DNA of 64,000 bases, taken from the NCBI GenBank assembly GCA_028282585.1, contig JANQHR010000047.1, forward strand, positions 84,732 to 148,731, given 5' to 3'. The notes beneath the pieces are model-generated. The model saw only the letters and a list, made by a program, of their open reading frames with translations. It did no database searches and was not told the origin of the DNA. The stretch is from Bacteroidales bacterium. Its GTDB lineage: Bacteria; Bacteroidota; Bacteroidia; Bacteroidales; UBA12077. The position numbers were made by a program, and so were the translations under genes. Of the stretch, positions 40,018 to 49,681 are shown one piece after another. Position 1 is the first letter of the stretch; the number at the start of each line of letters is the position of its first letter.

Positions 40018-41064
40018 TTAACTTGCTATTTCGTTTTTTCGGTATAATAACTCTTTGCCTGGTTTGCTTTCCGTTATGCAGCTTAAGTCGTTTTTTATTT
40101 TTTTAGCAACAGCAAAAGCTAATTTTACAGGTACAGCGTTACCAATCATTTTATACCCGGCTGCTAATTTCTTATAAAAGAAATTAAAATTATCAGGAAA
40201 TGTTTGTATTCGAGCACATTCTCTAATGCTAAGCCTACGATATAAATGTTCTTTATCTTTAACAAATTCTCGAATATTTTGCTCAATAAATTTCATCTTG
40301 GGAGCTTGTGGATGCAGTGGAGCATGTCTGCCTCCAGCTTGAATAGTGAATGAGACTTCATCCCAACCTCTTACTCTATTTCTAGACATGAAAATACTGG
40401 AAAATCCGCCAATCATATACTCATGGTTAGGAACAAGGCATTTATTACCATTAGTGTAATTGCCTTCTTTGGCAGGCAATACATTTTCTTGTAAATCACC
40501 AATTGCTTTTTTAAGGAAAATGTAGTTATTGTTTCCTTTAGGAAAAGAAAACTTAAAGCCAATATCCTTTCTAATACCAACAAAAAATAATCTTTTTCTA
40601 TCTTGAGGAACACCATAGTTTTTTGCATTTAGGAGTTGCACAGAAAGCTCATATCCAATACCGGCTTGCCTAAAATGATGCTTTATATTATTCATTGCTT
40701 CTTTATGCCTTGTAAGAAGCATGCCTGATACATTTTCAGCTAAGAAAAAAAGTGGTTGTTTAGCCTCTAATATTCTAATAAAATCAAAAAATAGCTGTCC
40801 TCTGTTATCATCAATCCCTCGTAATGCTCCAGCTTCACTCCAACTCTGACAAGGTGGACCTCCAATGATACCTTCACAATCAGGTATTTCATTAGATTCT
40901 ATTTTTGTTATACTTCTTGTATCAAGATAGGTTCTAGGGTGATTTTTTTCGTATGTTTCCCAGATTTCTTTATCATATTCATTTGCCCAAACTATATCAA
41001 ACCCAGCTTTCTTAAAACCTAAATCTAAACCTCCAGCACCTGCAAAAAGAGAGACTATTTTCAT
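40018..41064 (-). CDS. dcm: DNA (cytosine-5)-methyltransferase, M.HaeIII-like (predicted GGCC)
   Basis: Motifs FAGAGG, GPPCQ, ENV, QDRKR and IGNAVP. The target-recognition segment FSSIFMSRNRVRGWDE..FTIQAGGRHAPLHPQAP resembles M.HaeIII. Confidence 0.93.
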   Translation of the reverse strand: MKIVSLFAGAGGLDLGFKKAGFDIVWANEYDKEIWETYEKNHPRTYLDTRSITKIESNEIPDCEGIIGGPPCQSWSEAGALRGIDDNRGQLFFDFIRILEAKQPLFFLAENVSGMLLTRHKEAMNNIKHHFRQAGIGYELSVQLLNAKNYGVPQDRKRLFFVGIRKDIGFKFSFPKGNNNYIFLKKAIGDLQENVLPAKEGNYTNGNKCLVPNHEYMIGGFSSIFMSRNRVRGWDEVSFTIQAGGRHAPLHPQAPKMKFIEQNIREFVKDKEHLYRRLSIRECARIQTFPDNFNFFYKKLAAGYKMIGNAVPVKLAFAVAKKIKNDLSCITESKPGKELLYRKNEIAS

Positions 41065-41454
41065 ATTTTATTATTATTAAATAATACAAATTTAACATGA
41101 AACATTCGATAAAGTTGCATAAAATAAAGGTGTTTTGTCAACAAGTTTTTAAGTACTTTACAGGTATCTAAACTTAAATAAATTATTTTTGAATTTTGTT
41201 GATAACTTCTACGAAACTGGTAAGTCTTCTGTTGGTGCTCAATTTTTAACATTGGTTCTACTTAATTTTAGGATGTTTTGCCGTTTAACAGTTTTTACAA
41301 GTTGAAAACTTAATCTGATTTTAACACACCTGTAAATCATTTCCTTTCAATGCAGTTCAATCTTTTAATTTTTCTTTTATGCACGAAAAATTGCGTTTTT
41401 AATATATTTGTTAAAATCTATTTTTAAATAATTACTTAGAAAACCTATTTTGAT

Positions 41455-42525
41455 ATGTTTATTTATATTGCCGATGTTATTCCAATAATTATTGCTTTTC
41501 AATGTATCTTATTTGCAATTGTATTATTTACTGATAGAGGTCCAAAGATGATTAGCAACAGATACCTTGCTGTTTTCCTAATAATATTGGGTTTACAATT
41601 CACGGCAATAACTATTGGAAGTTTTAAATCAAAAATACCTTTTATAGAAATAACCATGTGTGCCTATGGATTCGCTTATGGACCTTTATTATTTTTATAT
41701 AGCAATTCTTTAATTTACAAATCTTTCCAATTCAAAATAAACCATCTCATGCACTTTATACCTTTTATTGCAATTATTCTTATTACAATATTAGGGTATG
41801 CTTCATGTGGTAAATTAGGTATAGTAATGTATATAAGCTTAATTACTTATACAATTCTTACCATTATAAAAATAATAAGCTACAGAAATATTCTGAAAAA
41901 AACACATTCATTCATGGGGCAGGTAAATCTTGTTTGGCTTCAGTGGACATTCATCATATTTTGTTGTGCATTAATTCTCGATATTTTTGATCATATTTTT
42001 TTAAATGTGGATATCTACGCAGGCATATCTTCAGTTCATCTAACCATACTAATACTTATTAACTGGATATTTTATAAGGGATTAAAACAACCACAGTTAT
42101 TTCTTGGTATTTCCAAGTTAGAACAAGAAATCTTTAAAGAAACCCATAAAAGAACTTCTTATGATTTTCCACATAGCGATGAACAGAAAGAGCTTGAAAA
42201 GATTCAAAAATATATGGAAGATACTGAGATTTATACAGATTTTGATTTAACTCTTAGAGATCTATCTGAACATCTAAAAATCTCACCAAGAAGATTATCA
42301 TTCTTAATAAATACTTATCTTGATAAGAACTTTATGAGCTTTGTTAATGAATACAGAATTAAAAAGGCCATGTTTCATTTAGCAAATCCCAAAGATGAAA
42401 GAGAAACCATTCTGGAAATAATGTATGAGGTAGGTTTTAATTCAAAATCATCTTTTAACACGCTCTTTAAAAAACAAACAGGTTTTACACCATCAGAATA
42501 TAAAAAAAGGCATACGAAAATGTAG
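41455..42525 (+). CDS. AraC family regulator with N-terminal membrane sensor domain
   Basis: About 7 TM, then C-terminal HTH ILEIMYEVGFNSKSSFNTLFKKQTGFTPSEY. Confidence 0.92.
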   Translation: MFIYIADVIPIIIAFQCILFAIVLFTDRGPKMISNRYLAVFLIILGLQFTAITIGSFKSKIPFIEITMCAYGFAYGPLLFLYSNSLIYKSFQFKINHLMHFIPFIAIILITILGYASCGKLGIVMYISLITYTILTIIKIISYRNILKKTHSFMGQVNLVWLQWTFIIFCCALILDIFDHIFLNVDIYAGISSVHLTILILINWIFYKGLKQPQLFLGISKLEQEIFKETHKRTSYDFPHSDEQKELEKIQKYMEDTEIYTDFDLTLRDLSEHLKISPRRLSFLINTYLDKNFMSFVNEYRIKKAMFHLANPKDERETILEIMYEVGFNSKSSFNTLFKKQTGFTPSEYKKRHTKM

Positions 42526-42553
42526 TTTGAATTTAGTAAACGTAAATTCAAAC
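42525..42553 (+). terminator. 11-bp hairpin after the AraC gene
   Basis: GTTTGAATTTA-GTAAACG-TAAATTCAAAC; AT-rich and no U-tract. Confidence 0.4.
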
Positions 42554-42574
42554 GCATTTGTACCACAATAAAAG

Positions 42575-42596
42575 GTTCGATTTCATGTTTTCGAAC
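42575..42596. promoter_or_regulatory. Inverted repeat GTTCGA-N10-TCGAAC, candidate operator for the adjacent AraC regulator
   Basis: Lies between araC and the TlpA gene, about 60 nt upstream of ATG 42659. Confidence 0.5.
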
Positions 42597-42658
42597 TATT
42601 CTGATATGGTTAAGAGTTTAATTTGTATACAATATTCATTTATTAAATACAAATACTC

Positions 42659-43738
42659 ATGAAAAAAATACTATTATCATTTGCCTTAATTTTTACTATA
42701 AGTAGCATAAATTCCCAAAACTTGATTAATATTTCAGGTTCGGGTTTTGATCATTTCAATAATATTAGTATCAAAGTTTTCAACTCGGATATTATAGGTT
42801 ATGACATTATCGAAACAAAGACTATTTCTAAAAATGGAGAATTTAATTTTCAAATAAAATTTGAAAATATAAATCTGTATGAATTAAGTTTTGATGAAAA
42901 GCACTCTATTTACCTGTCCATAGAGAATGATAATGACATTTCCATTTCATTGGAGGGAAAGATCACAAAGATATCAGGCTCAGAATCCTCACAGAAAATG
43001 CTTGATTTCGAGAAACAAAATGGAAAATTACAAGCCAAATATTTTGGCGATTTAAAGGTCAGAATGGACAAAGCAATGAAGGAAAACAACGAGGAAGAAT
43101 TAAAGAAAATTCAAAAAGAAGCTGATATAGCACTAGGTAATTTTCTGGTTGAATTCAGAGCCTTGATTGAGAGTTTAGGAGAAACTCCTGCGGGTTATTT
43201 TGTTACTCAATATTCTGATTTTAATAAAGAGATTGAATTTATGGAAAAAAGACTAAGTGCTTTTAAAAAAACAATACCAGATAGTCCTGTAACAATAGCT
43301 TTAGGTAAACAGATTTATATGGTAAAAAATACTGCAATTGGTAAAGCACCTCCTAATTTTAGTACAAACGATATGAATGGAGAAATAATTGAATTAAAAG
43401 ATCTTAAAGGTAAAATTGTACTTATCGATTTCTGGGCTTATTGGTGCAGAGAATGCAGGGTCGAAAATCCTAAATTAGCTCTCTTGTATAGCAAAAATAA
43501 AGATAAGGGATTCGTTGTTCTTAGTATTTCAAAGGCGGTACCAAAAAGCAAATGGTTAGATGCAATCGAAAAAGATAATATTGGTGATTTTATTCATATA
43601 TTGGATGATGACGATCGTTTATCCGAATTATACAGTGTTTCATCTTTACCTCAAAATTTACTTTTAGATAAATCAGGAAAAATTATAGCAAAAAATATTA
43701 AAGCAGAAGAACTCGAGAAGATGCTTTCAAAATTCTAA
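42659..43738 (+). CDS. TlpA/AhpC-TSA family thiol-disulfide oxidoreductase
   Basis: Signal peptide, VLIDFWAYWCRECRVENP (CxxC) and cis-Pro motif SLP. Confidence 0.9.
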   Translation: MKKILLSFALIFTISSINSQNLINISGSGFDHFNNISIKVFNSDIIGYDIIETKTISKNGEFNFQIKFENINLYELSFDEKHSIYLSIENDNDISISLEGKITKISGSESSQKMLDFEKQNGKLQAKYFGDLKVRMDKAMKENNEEELKKIQKEADIALGNFLVEFRALIESLGETPAGYFVTQYSDFNKEIEFMEKRLSAFKKTIPDSPVTIALGKQIYMVKNTAIGKAPPNFSTNDMNGEIIELKDLKGKIVLIDFWAYWCRECRVENPKLALLYSKNKDKGFVVLSISKAVPKSKWLDAIEKDNIGDFIHILDDDDRLSELYSVSSLPQNLLLDKSGKIIAKNIKAEELEKMLSKF

Positions 43739-43823
43739 TTAAATTTATATTATGTTAATATAATAACTACGGATAGCTTAAAACTTAATTATAAAAAGTA
43801 TTCAGACTAAATGCAACTTAACT

Positions 43824-43866
43824 ACAAATACATTGGCAAACTACTTGAATTTGCCAATGTATTTGT
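43824..43866. repeat. Perfect 17-bp inverted repeat
   Basis: ACAAATACATTGGCAAA-CTACTTGAA-TTTGCCAATGTATTTGT. Confidence 0.85.
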
Positions 43867-44090
43867 TAACTTTCTGTTACGCTAACGATAGGCAGCTATC
43901 GGGAAAAATTCGCCGTTTCGGCAAAGTATAATCCTGCTTTTAATAATTTTTTTGTTTATGATTGACTTAGATGTTAAATCATTAGAATTTTGCTTTTTTG
44001 AAAGGTTTGTAGAAGCATTAAAATAACAAGAAGACCTGACACTGGTTTATAAAACCTTATATTTGCAACGATAATTTAATTAAACCGGTT

Positions 44091-44660
44091 ATGGGTGCGG
44101 ATTATTATAAAACCAAAGAATCAGTTAAAAAGTACATTGAACTAGCAAAAGATGTAAGCGGAGCAAAACTTATTGAAGAACTTAAAAAATATTTGCCCGC
44201 AAAATCAGAGCTGCTGGAAATTGGCTCAGGGCCAGGAACTGATTGGAAAATATTAAATACAACTTACCACGTAACTGGTTCTGATAATTCAAAAGAATTT
44301 TTAAACCACTTAAACAAAACCATCCCAAATGAGAAGTTTTTGGAATTAGATGCGTCTACCTTAAAAGTGGATAACAGTTTTGATGGAATTTACTCAAACA
44401 AGGTTCTTCATCATTTGAAAGACGGTGAGTTGGCAAATTCTGTTAAAAGGCAATATGAAATCTTAAAACCTGAAGGAATTATTTGTCATTCATTTTGGAA
44501 AGGAGAGGGTTCTGAATATTTTAAAGGTATGTTTGTTAATTACCATAAAAAGGATGACCTTAAAAGGATGTTTAAAGGTTATTTTGAGATTCTTTTAATA
44601 ATAACATATCAGGAATTTGAAGAAGGCGATTCGCTGTTATTAATAGGAAAAAGAAAATGA
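44091..44660 (+). CDS. Class I SAM-dependent methyltransferase
   Basis: LLEIGSGPG and FDGIYSNKVLHH. A -7 box TATATTTG lies at 44058-44065. Confidence 0.88.
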   Translation: MGADYYKTKESVKKYIELAKDVSGAKLIEELKKYLPAKSELLEIGSGPGTDWKILNTTYHVTGSDNSKEFLNHLNKTIPNEKFLELDASTLKVDNSFDGIYSNKVLHHLKDGELANSVKRQYEILKPEGIICHSFWKGEGSEYFKGMFVNYHKKDDLKRMFKGYFEILLIITYQEFEEGDSLLLIGKRK

Positions 44661-45415
44661 CAAAAAGAATTTTTATTTTACTGGTATTAACCATCAATGT
44701 TTTCCATTTAAGTGCTCAAACTGAAAGAAATATCTTTATAAATAAGGATATACAATTAATTTATATCGTTGATTCTGTTTATGCTCATATTACGTGGGAA
44801 GAGAGTGAAAAATTCGGTAGGTTCCCTTCAAATGGATTAGTCTTTGTAAAGAATGGGCAAGCCATTCTAATTGATACGCCCTTTGACAATCATAAAACTA
44901 AAATATTAACGGATTTTCTTGAAGATTCGATGGGAGTTGAAATAAAAAAGCTCATTATTGGCCATTTTCATGATGATTGTTTGGGTGGGCTGGAGTATAT
45001 TCAAAGCAAAGGAATTGAATCCATTGCAAATAAACTAACCATAGATAAATGCAAAGAACTTGGATTGCCAATTCCTTCAACATCATTTGATGATTCTTTG
45101 GCATTCGAATTTCAAGGTGAGTTTGTTATTTGCCGTTATTTTGGAGGCGGGCATACTATCGATAACATTACGGTTTGGTTTCCTTCAAAGAAAATTCTTT
45201 TCGGAGGTTGTTTAATTAGGTCAATTAACTCAAGAAGTTTAGGAAACCTTTCTGATGCTGTTGTTAAAGAATGGGATGTGACTGTAAAGAAAATAATAAG
45301 CCAATACCCGGGTATTAAGGTTGTAATTCCTGGCCATGGCGCAATCGGTGGCCCAGAACTGCTAAGGCATACTATCGAATTGGTTGAAAAAAATAGCCAA
45401 ACCTTTGGCGGCTAA
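44657..45415 (+). CDS. bla: Subclass B1 metallo-beta-lactamase
   Basis: Signal peptide; SNGLV, LIDTP, HFHDD (H116/H118/D120), GGGHTIDN (H196), FGGC (C221), LGN and PGHG (H263). Confidence 0.9.
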   Translation: MTKRIFILLVLTINVFHLSAQTERNIFINKDIQLIYIVDSVYAHITWEESEKFGRFPSNGLVFVKNGQAILIDTPFDNHKTKILTDFLEDSMGVEIKKLIIGHFHDDCLGGLEYIQSKGIESIANKLTIDKCKELGLPIPSTSFDDSLAFEFQGEFVICRYFGGGHTIDNITVWFPSKKILFGGCLIRSINSRSLGNLSDAVVKEWDVTVKKIISQYPGIKVVIPGHGAIGGPELLRHTIELVEKNSQTFGG

Positions 45416-45651
45416 ATACAACACAATGTATAAAGTAATTTTTCCATTTCATTAAGCCTTAACTGCACATAAGCCAATACATAGAAGAAATGATTTTCTC
45501 CATCTAGTATTATAACGGCAAAAGTTTTAGGAATTTTTAATTGCAATTATGCCTGAAATTTTCACAACGTAGATATTTTTGCTATTTTCATTTAATCTTA
45601 AGTGAACGGTAAAAAAGTGTTGTTTGTTGAGGTAAATTATAATTCAGTAAA

Positions 45652-46221
45652 ATGAAATCTGAACGGTTTATAAATATTTCGATATTAAGGGATAAAAAGA
45701 ATATAACGCAACAAGAGTTGGCTGAATTATCCGGAATCTCATTACGTACAATTCAACGAATTGAGAAAGGTGAAGTTATACCAAGGCCATATACAATTAG
45801 AAAACTTCAAGAAGCACTCGAAACTAATTTTGATAGTGAAAATGAAAAAACAAATATGGCCGGAAAACTAAAGGTTTTTAATTTAATTCAACTCTCCTCG
45901 TTTTTCTTGCCTCTGATTTTTGTGATATTTGGTTATTTGTTTTGGAAACGAAACAATTGGGACGAAAAAAGTAATTTAATTTATAATAAATTGGTTAGTT
46001 TAAGTTTAATTACAGCTGTTTTAATACCCATATTTGTTGTTATCATAATTACAATTTTACGAAATTACAATTTACAGGTATCTTACGGCCATATTCCTTC
46101 TGCTGCAATACTTTATTGGGTATTCTGTTTTATTTACATCCTTATAATTAATAAATTAATTTTTCCAGTTATAAAAGATGGAAGTTCTTCGTTGCCAGGA
46201 TTGCCTACAATATTTGGTTAA
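45652..46221 (+). CDS. XRE family HTH regulator with C-terminal membrane domain
   Basis: TQQELAELSGISLRTIQRIEKGEVIPR followed by 3 TM segments. Confidence 0.88.
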   Translation: MKSERFINISILRDKKNITQQELAELSGISLRTIQRIEKGEVIPRPYTIRKLQEALETNFDSENEKTNMAGKLKVFNLIQLSSFFLPLIFVIFGYLFWKRNNWDEKSNLIYNKLVSLSLITAVLIPIFVVIIITILRNYNLQVSYGHIPSAAILYWVFCFIYILIINKLIFPVIKDGSSSLPGLPTIFG

Positions 46222-46227
46222 ATGCAC

Positions 46228-46256
46228 AATGGCGCTTAAATGGCATAAGAATGGCA
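46228..46256 (+). promoter_or_regulatory. Three phased direct repeats AATGGC (11-bp period), candidate operator
   Basis: AATGGC at 46228, 46239 and 46250, between the XRE gene and the hydrolase gene. Confidence 0.6.
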
Positions 46257-46309
46257 CATCCAATTTAAGTTAAAAAATATTGAGATTGCTTTAATTTGAT
46301 TTAAAAAAG

Positions 46310-48115
46310 ATGAAAGCAAGTCAAATTATTATCATAGCCTTAATTAGCATTTTTTTTATTAGTTGCGTTACAACGGCACAAGAATCAAACGAAATAATAA
46401 TCATTTCAGAAAGTGGAGAAGAGTTAAAGGTTACCGAAGGCAAAATCACTCTTCCGGAAAATAGAAAAAAAACTACTGGCAATACTATTGAAATTACCTA
46501 CCAGGTATTGAAATCGAAATCAAATAACCCAAAACCTCCGGTTTTTTTATTAGCAGGAGGCCCGGGTGGTTCATGGTTAAACACAGCACACCTAGAGGAG
46601 CGTTTTGCTGAAATTAAGTTTTACAGCCAGTTTTCGGATGTTGTAATTTTTGACCAAAGGGGAGCGGGGCGTTCTGTTCCTAACCTTGAATGCGGTACTA
46701 TATTTAAAAGCAAAAAAGCAAGAGATTTATCAGAACAAAGTTTGGTGAAAGCCTTGAATGAAATGGCAACTGAATGCAGGGATTATTGGATTTCACAAGG
46801 AGTTGAACTTTTGGCATATAATACGGATGAAAGTGCAAACGATATAGATGATTTAAGAAAAGCCCTTGGCTATGAAAAAGTAATTCTTGTTGGAGGCAGT
46901 TATGGTTCGCATTTGGGGCTTCATTATTTACGAAAATATGAAGAATATGTAGATTGTGCTGTTTTTTATGGAATCGAAGGCCCTAATCATACTCTGGACA
47001 ACCCAACAGCTTTATTAAATACTATAAAACGTATAGCAGGCGAAACCGAAAAATCCGAATATTTTGCTAAAAAACTGGAGGGAAAAGGCTTATTGAATAT
47101 ATATAAAGAAGTTCTTGAAAAAATTGATAAAGGCGAAATAAATGAACTGGATAAAATAACAGCACAGTTTATTTTCCGTTACCGGGTGGGTGACCGTAAT
47201 AAGCTTGAAGTATGGCCAAACAATATTATTTCCTTACATAACAGAGATTTTAGTTTTGCCAAAGAGGTGGAAAAATACCTAAAAGAAATTAATCCACCGA
47301 GTGCCATGAGCAATGCAATGGATTTTGCATCCTGGGCAACAGCTTTTAGGCTAAAAGAGATTCAAGATAACCCGGCGGTTAATTTGGTTGGCAATATAAA
47401 CCTGGTATATTTTGCAAACCAGGATATTTGGGCAACAGATATTTTAGGAGAAGATTTTCGTACAAATGTTGTTTCTCATAAACCTGTTTTACTAGTTCAT
47501 GGAACATGGGATACTTCTACACCACTCGAAAATGCTTATGAAGTAAATCACTACCTAGCCAACAGCCATTTACTTAAAGTAATACATGGTTCGCATGGTG
47601 CTTTTTATGAATTAACTGAAGAATGGGAACCTATGTTTGAGGTTCTTGCAGGTTTTATGAAGGAACACAGTATGGAAATTCCTGATTCTGTAATACTGCC
47701 ATTGAGTTTTCCGGTTTTGTATGAAGAAATCCAAATGGAATTTTGGGATGAAGTTATAGAAGGAGATTTACAAGGAACAAAAGAATCTTTGAGGAAAGGG
47801 GCTGTTATTGACATGCTCGATACACGAACAAAAAAAACTGGCAGGAGTGGAATAAATTGGGCTGCCTGGCATGGGCATGTGGAAATTTTAGAGTTTTTGT
47901 TGGAAAATGGTGCCGATATCAATTATCAGAATATGAGTGGGTATACACCCATTCATCACGCCATTGAAAATTGTAAAATAAAGGCCCTTAGATTCTTATT
48001 GAGTTATGGGGCGGATGTTTCTATTCCTTCTTATAATGGAAAATTACCGATAGAGACAGCTCACGAAAACTGCAAAAAAGCTATCAAAATAATAGAAAAC
48101 CATGAAAAGAACTAA
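46310..48115 (+). CDS. Exported alpha/beta hydrolase (TAP-like peptidase) fused to C-terminal ankyrin repeats
   Basis: Signal peptide with possible lipobox FISC; LAGGPGGS, FDQRGAG, GGSYG (nucleophile), GTWDTSTP and HGSHG; ankyrin repeats INWAAWHGHVEILEFLLENGADIN and GYTPIHHA. Confidence 0.85.
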   Translation: MKASQIIIIALISIFFISCVTTAQESNEIIIISESGEELKVTEGKITLPENRKKTTGNTIEITYQVLKSKSNNPKPPVFLLAGGPGGSWLNTAHLEERFAEIKFYSQFSDVVIFDQRGAGRSVPNLECGTIFKSKKARDLSEQSLVKALNEMATECRDYWISQGVELLAYNTDESANDIDDLRKALGYEKVILVGGSYGSHLGLHYLRKYEEYVDCAVFYGIEGPNHTLDNPTALLNTIKRIAGETEKSEYFAKKLEGKGLLNIYKEVLEKIDKGEINELDKITAQFIFRYRVGDRNKLEVWPNNIISLHNRDFSFAKEVEKYLKEINPPSAMSNAMDFASWATAFRLKEIQDNPAVNLVGNINLVYFANQDIWATDILGEDFRTNVVSHKPVLLVHGTWDTSTPLENAYEVNHYLANSHLLKVIHGSHGAFYELTEEWEPMFEVLAGFMKEHSMEIPDSVILPLSFPVLYEEIQMEFWDEVIEGDLQGTKESLRKGAVIDMLDTRTKKTGRSGINWAAWHGHVEILEFLLENGADINYQNMSGYTPIHHAIENCKIKALRFLLSYGADVSIPSYNGKLPIETAHENCKKAIKIIENHEKN

Positions 48116-48128
48116 GTTGTTGTACATA

Positions 48129-49583
48129 TTAGTTTTTAAGCCGGTTATATTGTTTTGTAATGATCTGGCCAAGAAAAATTAAACTCTTTTCAGTTCTTTC
48201 TTCCCAATTCAAACCATAGCTTAATCGCATACAATTGGAAAATTGGTCCTGAAGGGTAAACATTTTTCCTGGTGTAATACTAATGTTATGTTTAATAGCT
48301 TCATAATAAATTTCGAGGGTATTTATACCTTCATGTAACTCTAACCACAAAAAGAATCCTCCTTTGGGTTGGCTTAGTTTAATATCAGCAGGAAAATGTT
48401 CGCTAATGGTTTTTTGGAATAATAAACTATTTGCATGTAAAGCGTTTCTTAATTTTCGCAAATGGTTTTCATAGCGCTCTGAATCAAGGAAATCAGCAAC
48501 GGCTTGATGAGTTAAGGCTGTTACCGATATAGTATTTATTGATTTAAGTTTTAGAATTTTTTCTCGAAATTTCCCGGGAATTATCCATCCAACCCTATAA
48601 CCAGGAGCTAAAGTTTTAGAAAATGAATTACAAAGCATCACCATCCCTTCAGTATCATAGGTTTTGCAAGTATCCGGCCGCTTACTTTCAAAATATAATT
48701 CGCCATAAATATCATCTTCGATTAATGGAACGCTATATTTTGTAATTAACTCAACAACGGTTTTCTTATTTTCATCGGGCATTGAATAACCTAATGGGTT
48801 ATTCATATTGCTTATCAGAATACACGCCTTTATTTTGTAGTTTTTTAGAACCATTTCCAGCGCCTCTAAATCAATACCGGTGGCCGGGTTGGTAGGTAGT
48901 TCAAGGATTTTTAAACCAAGACTTTGGCATAGCTGTAATATTCCATAATAAGCAGGGCTTTCAACAGCCACAACATCGCCACTTTTTGCAACAGCCATTA
49001 AACAATAAGCCACTGCGTTAATACATCCGGTGGTTGTAATAACATCATTTTCGTTAACATTTAAATTATAATTGATGGCCCATTTTGCAATATGCCTTCT
49101 CAATAAGGCATTTCCTTCAATATTTTCATATTCAACTCCACAGTTTTTAAGTTCTCTTGTGGCTCTTACAACAGATTTATTTAATTTGGCAATAGGCAAA
49201 TAATCGGGTGATGGTATTCCCAGCGAAAATTGTACGATGTTTTTATCTGCAATGGTATCGTAAATATTAATTAATAGATCACTTTTTTGTTTATCAATGG
49301 TTTCCAAGTTTGGGTTACTTGTCTCAGGAAGCCTGTGTTTATGCTTGTTCCAATTATTTACAAAATAGCCTGATTTGGGTTTTGAAAAGATCAGCTTTTT
49401 GCGTTCTAGTTCCCAATATGCGGCTTGGGCAGTGCTTATACTTACACCCCTTTTCCTGGATACCTCCCTAATGGAAGGGAGTTTTTCACCTACCCTTAAA
49501 ACATTGCTTTTAATTTGCTTTTCTAAAAGCTTGGCAATTTTTAAATAGATTACTTCTTTCGTTGAGGTGGCTTTGTTTTCCAT
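48129..49583 (-). CDS. MocR/GabR family PLP-dependent transcriptional regulator
   Basis: GntR wHTH (GEKLPSIRE, SKPKSGYFV) plus aminotransferase-like domain (IEDDIYGEL, SFSKTLAPGYRVGW). ATG 49583 preferred, because the track start at 49649 runs through the operator region. Confidence 0.93.
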   Translation of the reverse strand: MENKATSTKEVIYLKIAKLLEKQIKSNVLRVGEKLPSIREVSRKRGVSISTAQAAYWELERKKLIFSKPKSGYFVNNWNKHKHRLPETSNPNLETIDKQKSDLLINIYDTIADKNIVQFSLGIPSPDYLPIAKLNKSVVRATRELKNCGVEYENIEGNALLRRHIAKWAINYNLNVNENDVITTTGCINAVAYCLMAVAKSGDVVAVESPAYYGILQLCQSLGLKILELPTNPATGIDLEALEMVLKNYKIKACILISNMNNPLGYSMPDENKKTVVELITKYSVPLIEDDIYGELYFESKRPDTCKTYDTEGMVMLCNSFSKTLAPGYRVGWIIPGKFREKILKLKSINTISVTALTHQAVADFLDSERYENHLRKLRNALHANSLLFQKTISEHFPADIKLSQPKGGFFLWLELHEGINTLEIYYEAIKHNISITPGKMFTLQDQFSNCMRLSYGLNWEERTEKSLIFLGQIITKQYNRLKN

Positions 49584-49596
49584 CTTTTTAATTAAT

Positions 49597-49632
49597 CTGT
49601 ACTGGTTAAAATTAATATTTCTGTATCTGTAC
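49597..49632. promoter_or_regulatory. CTGTA repeats, candidate MocR-type operator
   Basis: CTGTACTGGT at 49597 and CTGTATCTGTAC at 49621 in the divergent intergenic region; -7 box TATTTTTG at 49651-49658. Confidence 0.55.
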
Positions 49633-49681
49633 CGCAACTGTTTTTGCATTTATTTTTGTAGCAGAAACTAAAATTGGTAAA

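Noticed and set aside
41061-41252. 63-aa ORF upstream of the methylase as an RM controller (C) protein
   Set aside because: No HTH pattern; it looks like a chance ORF in AT-rich promoter DNA.
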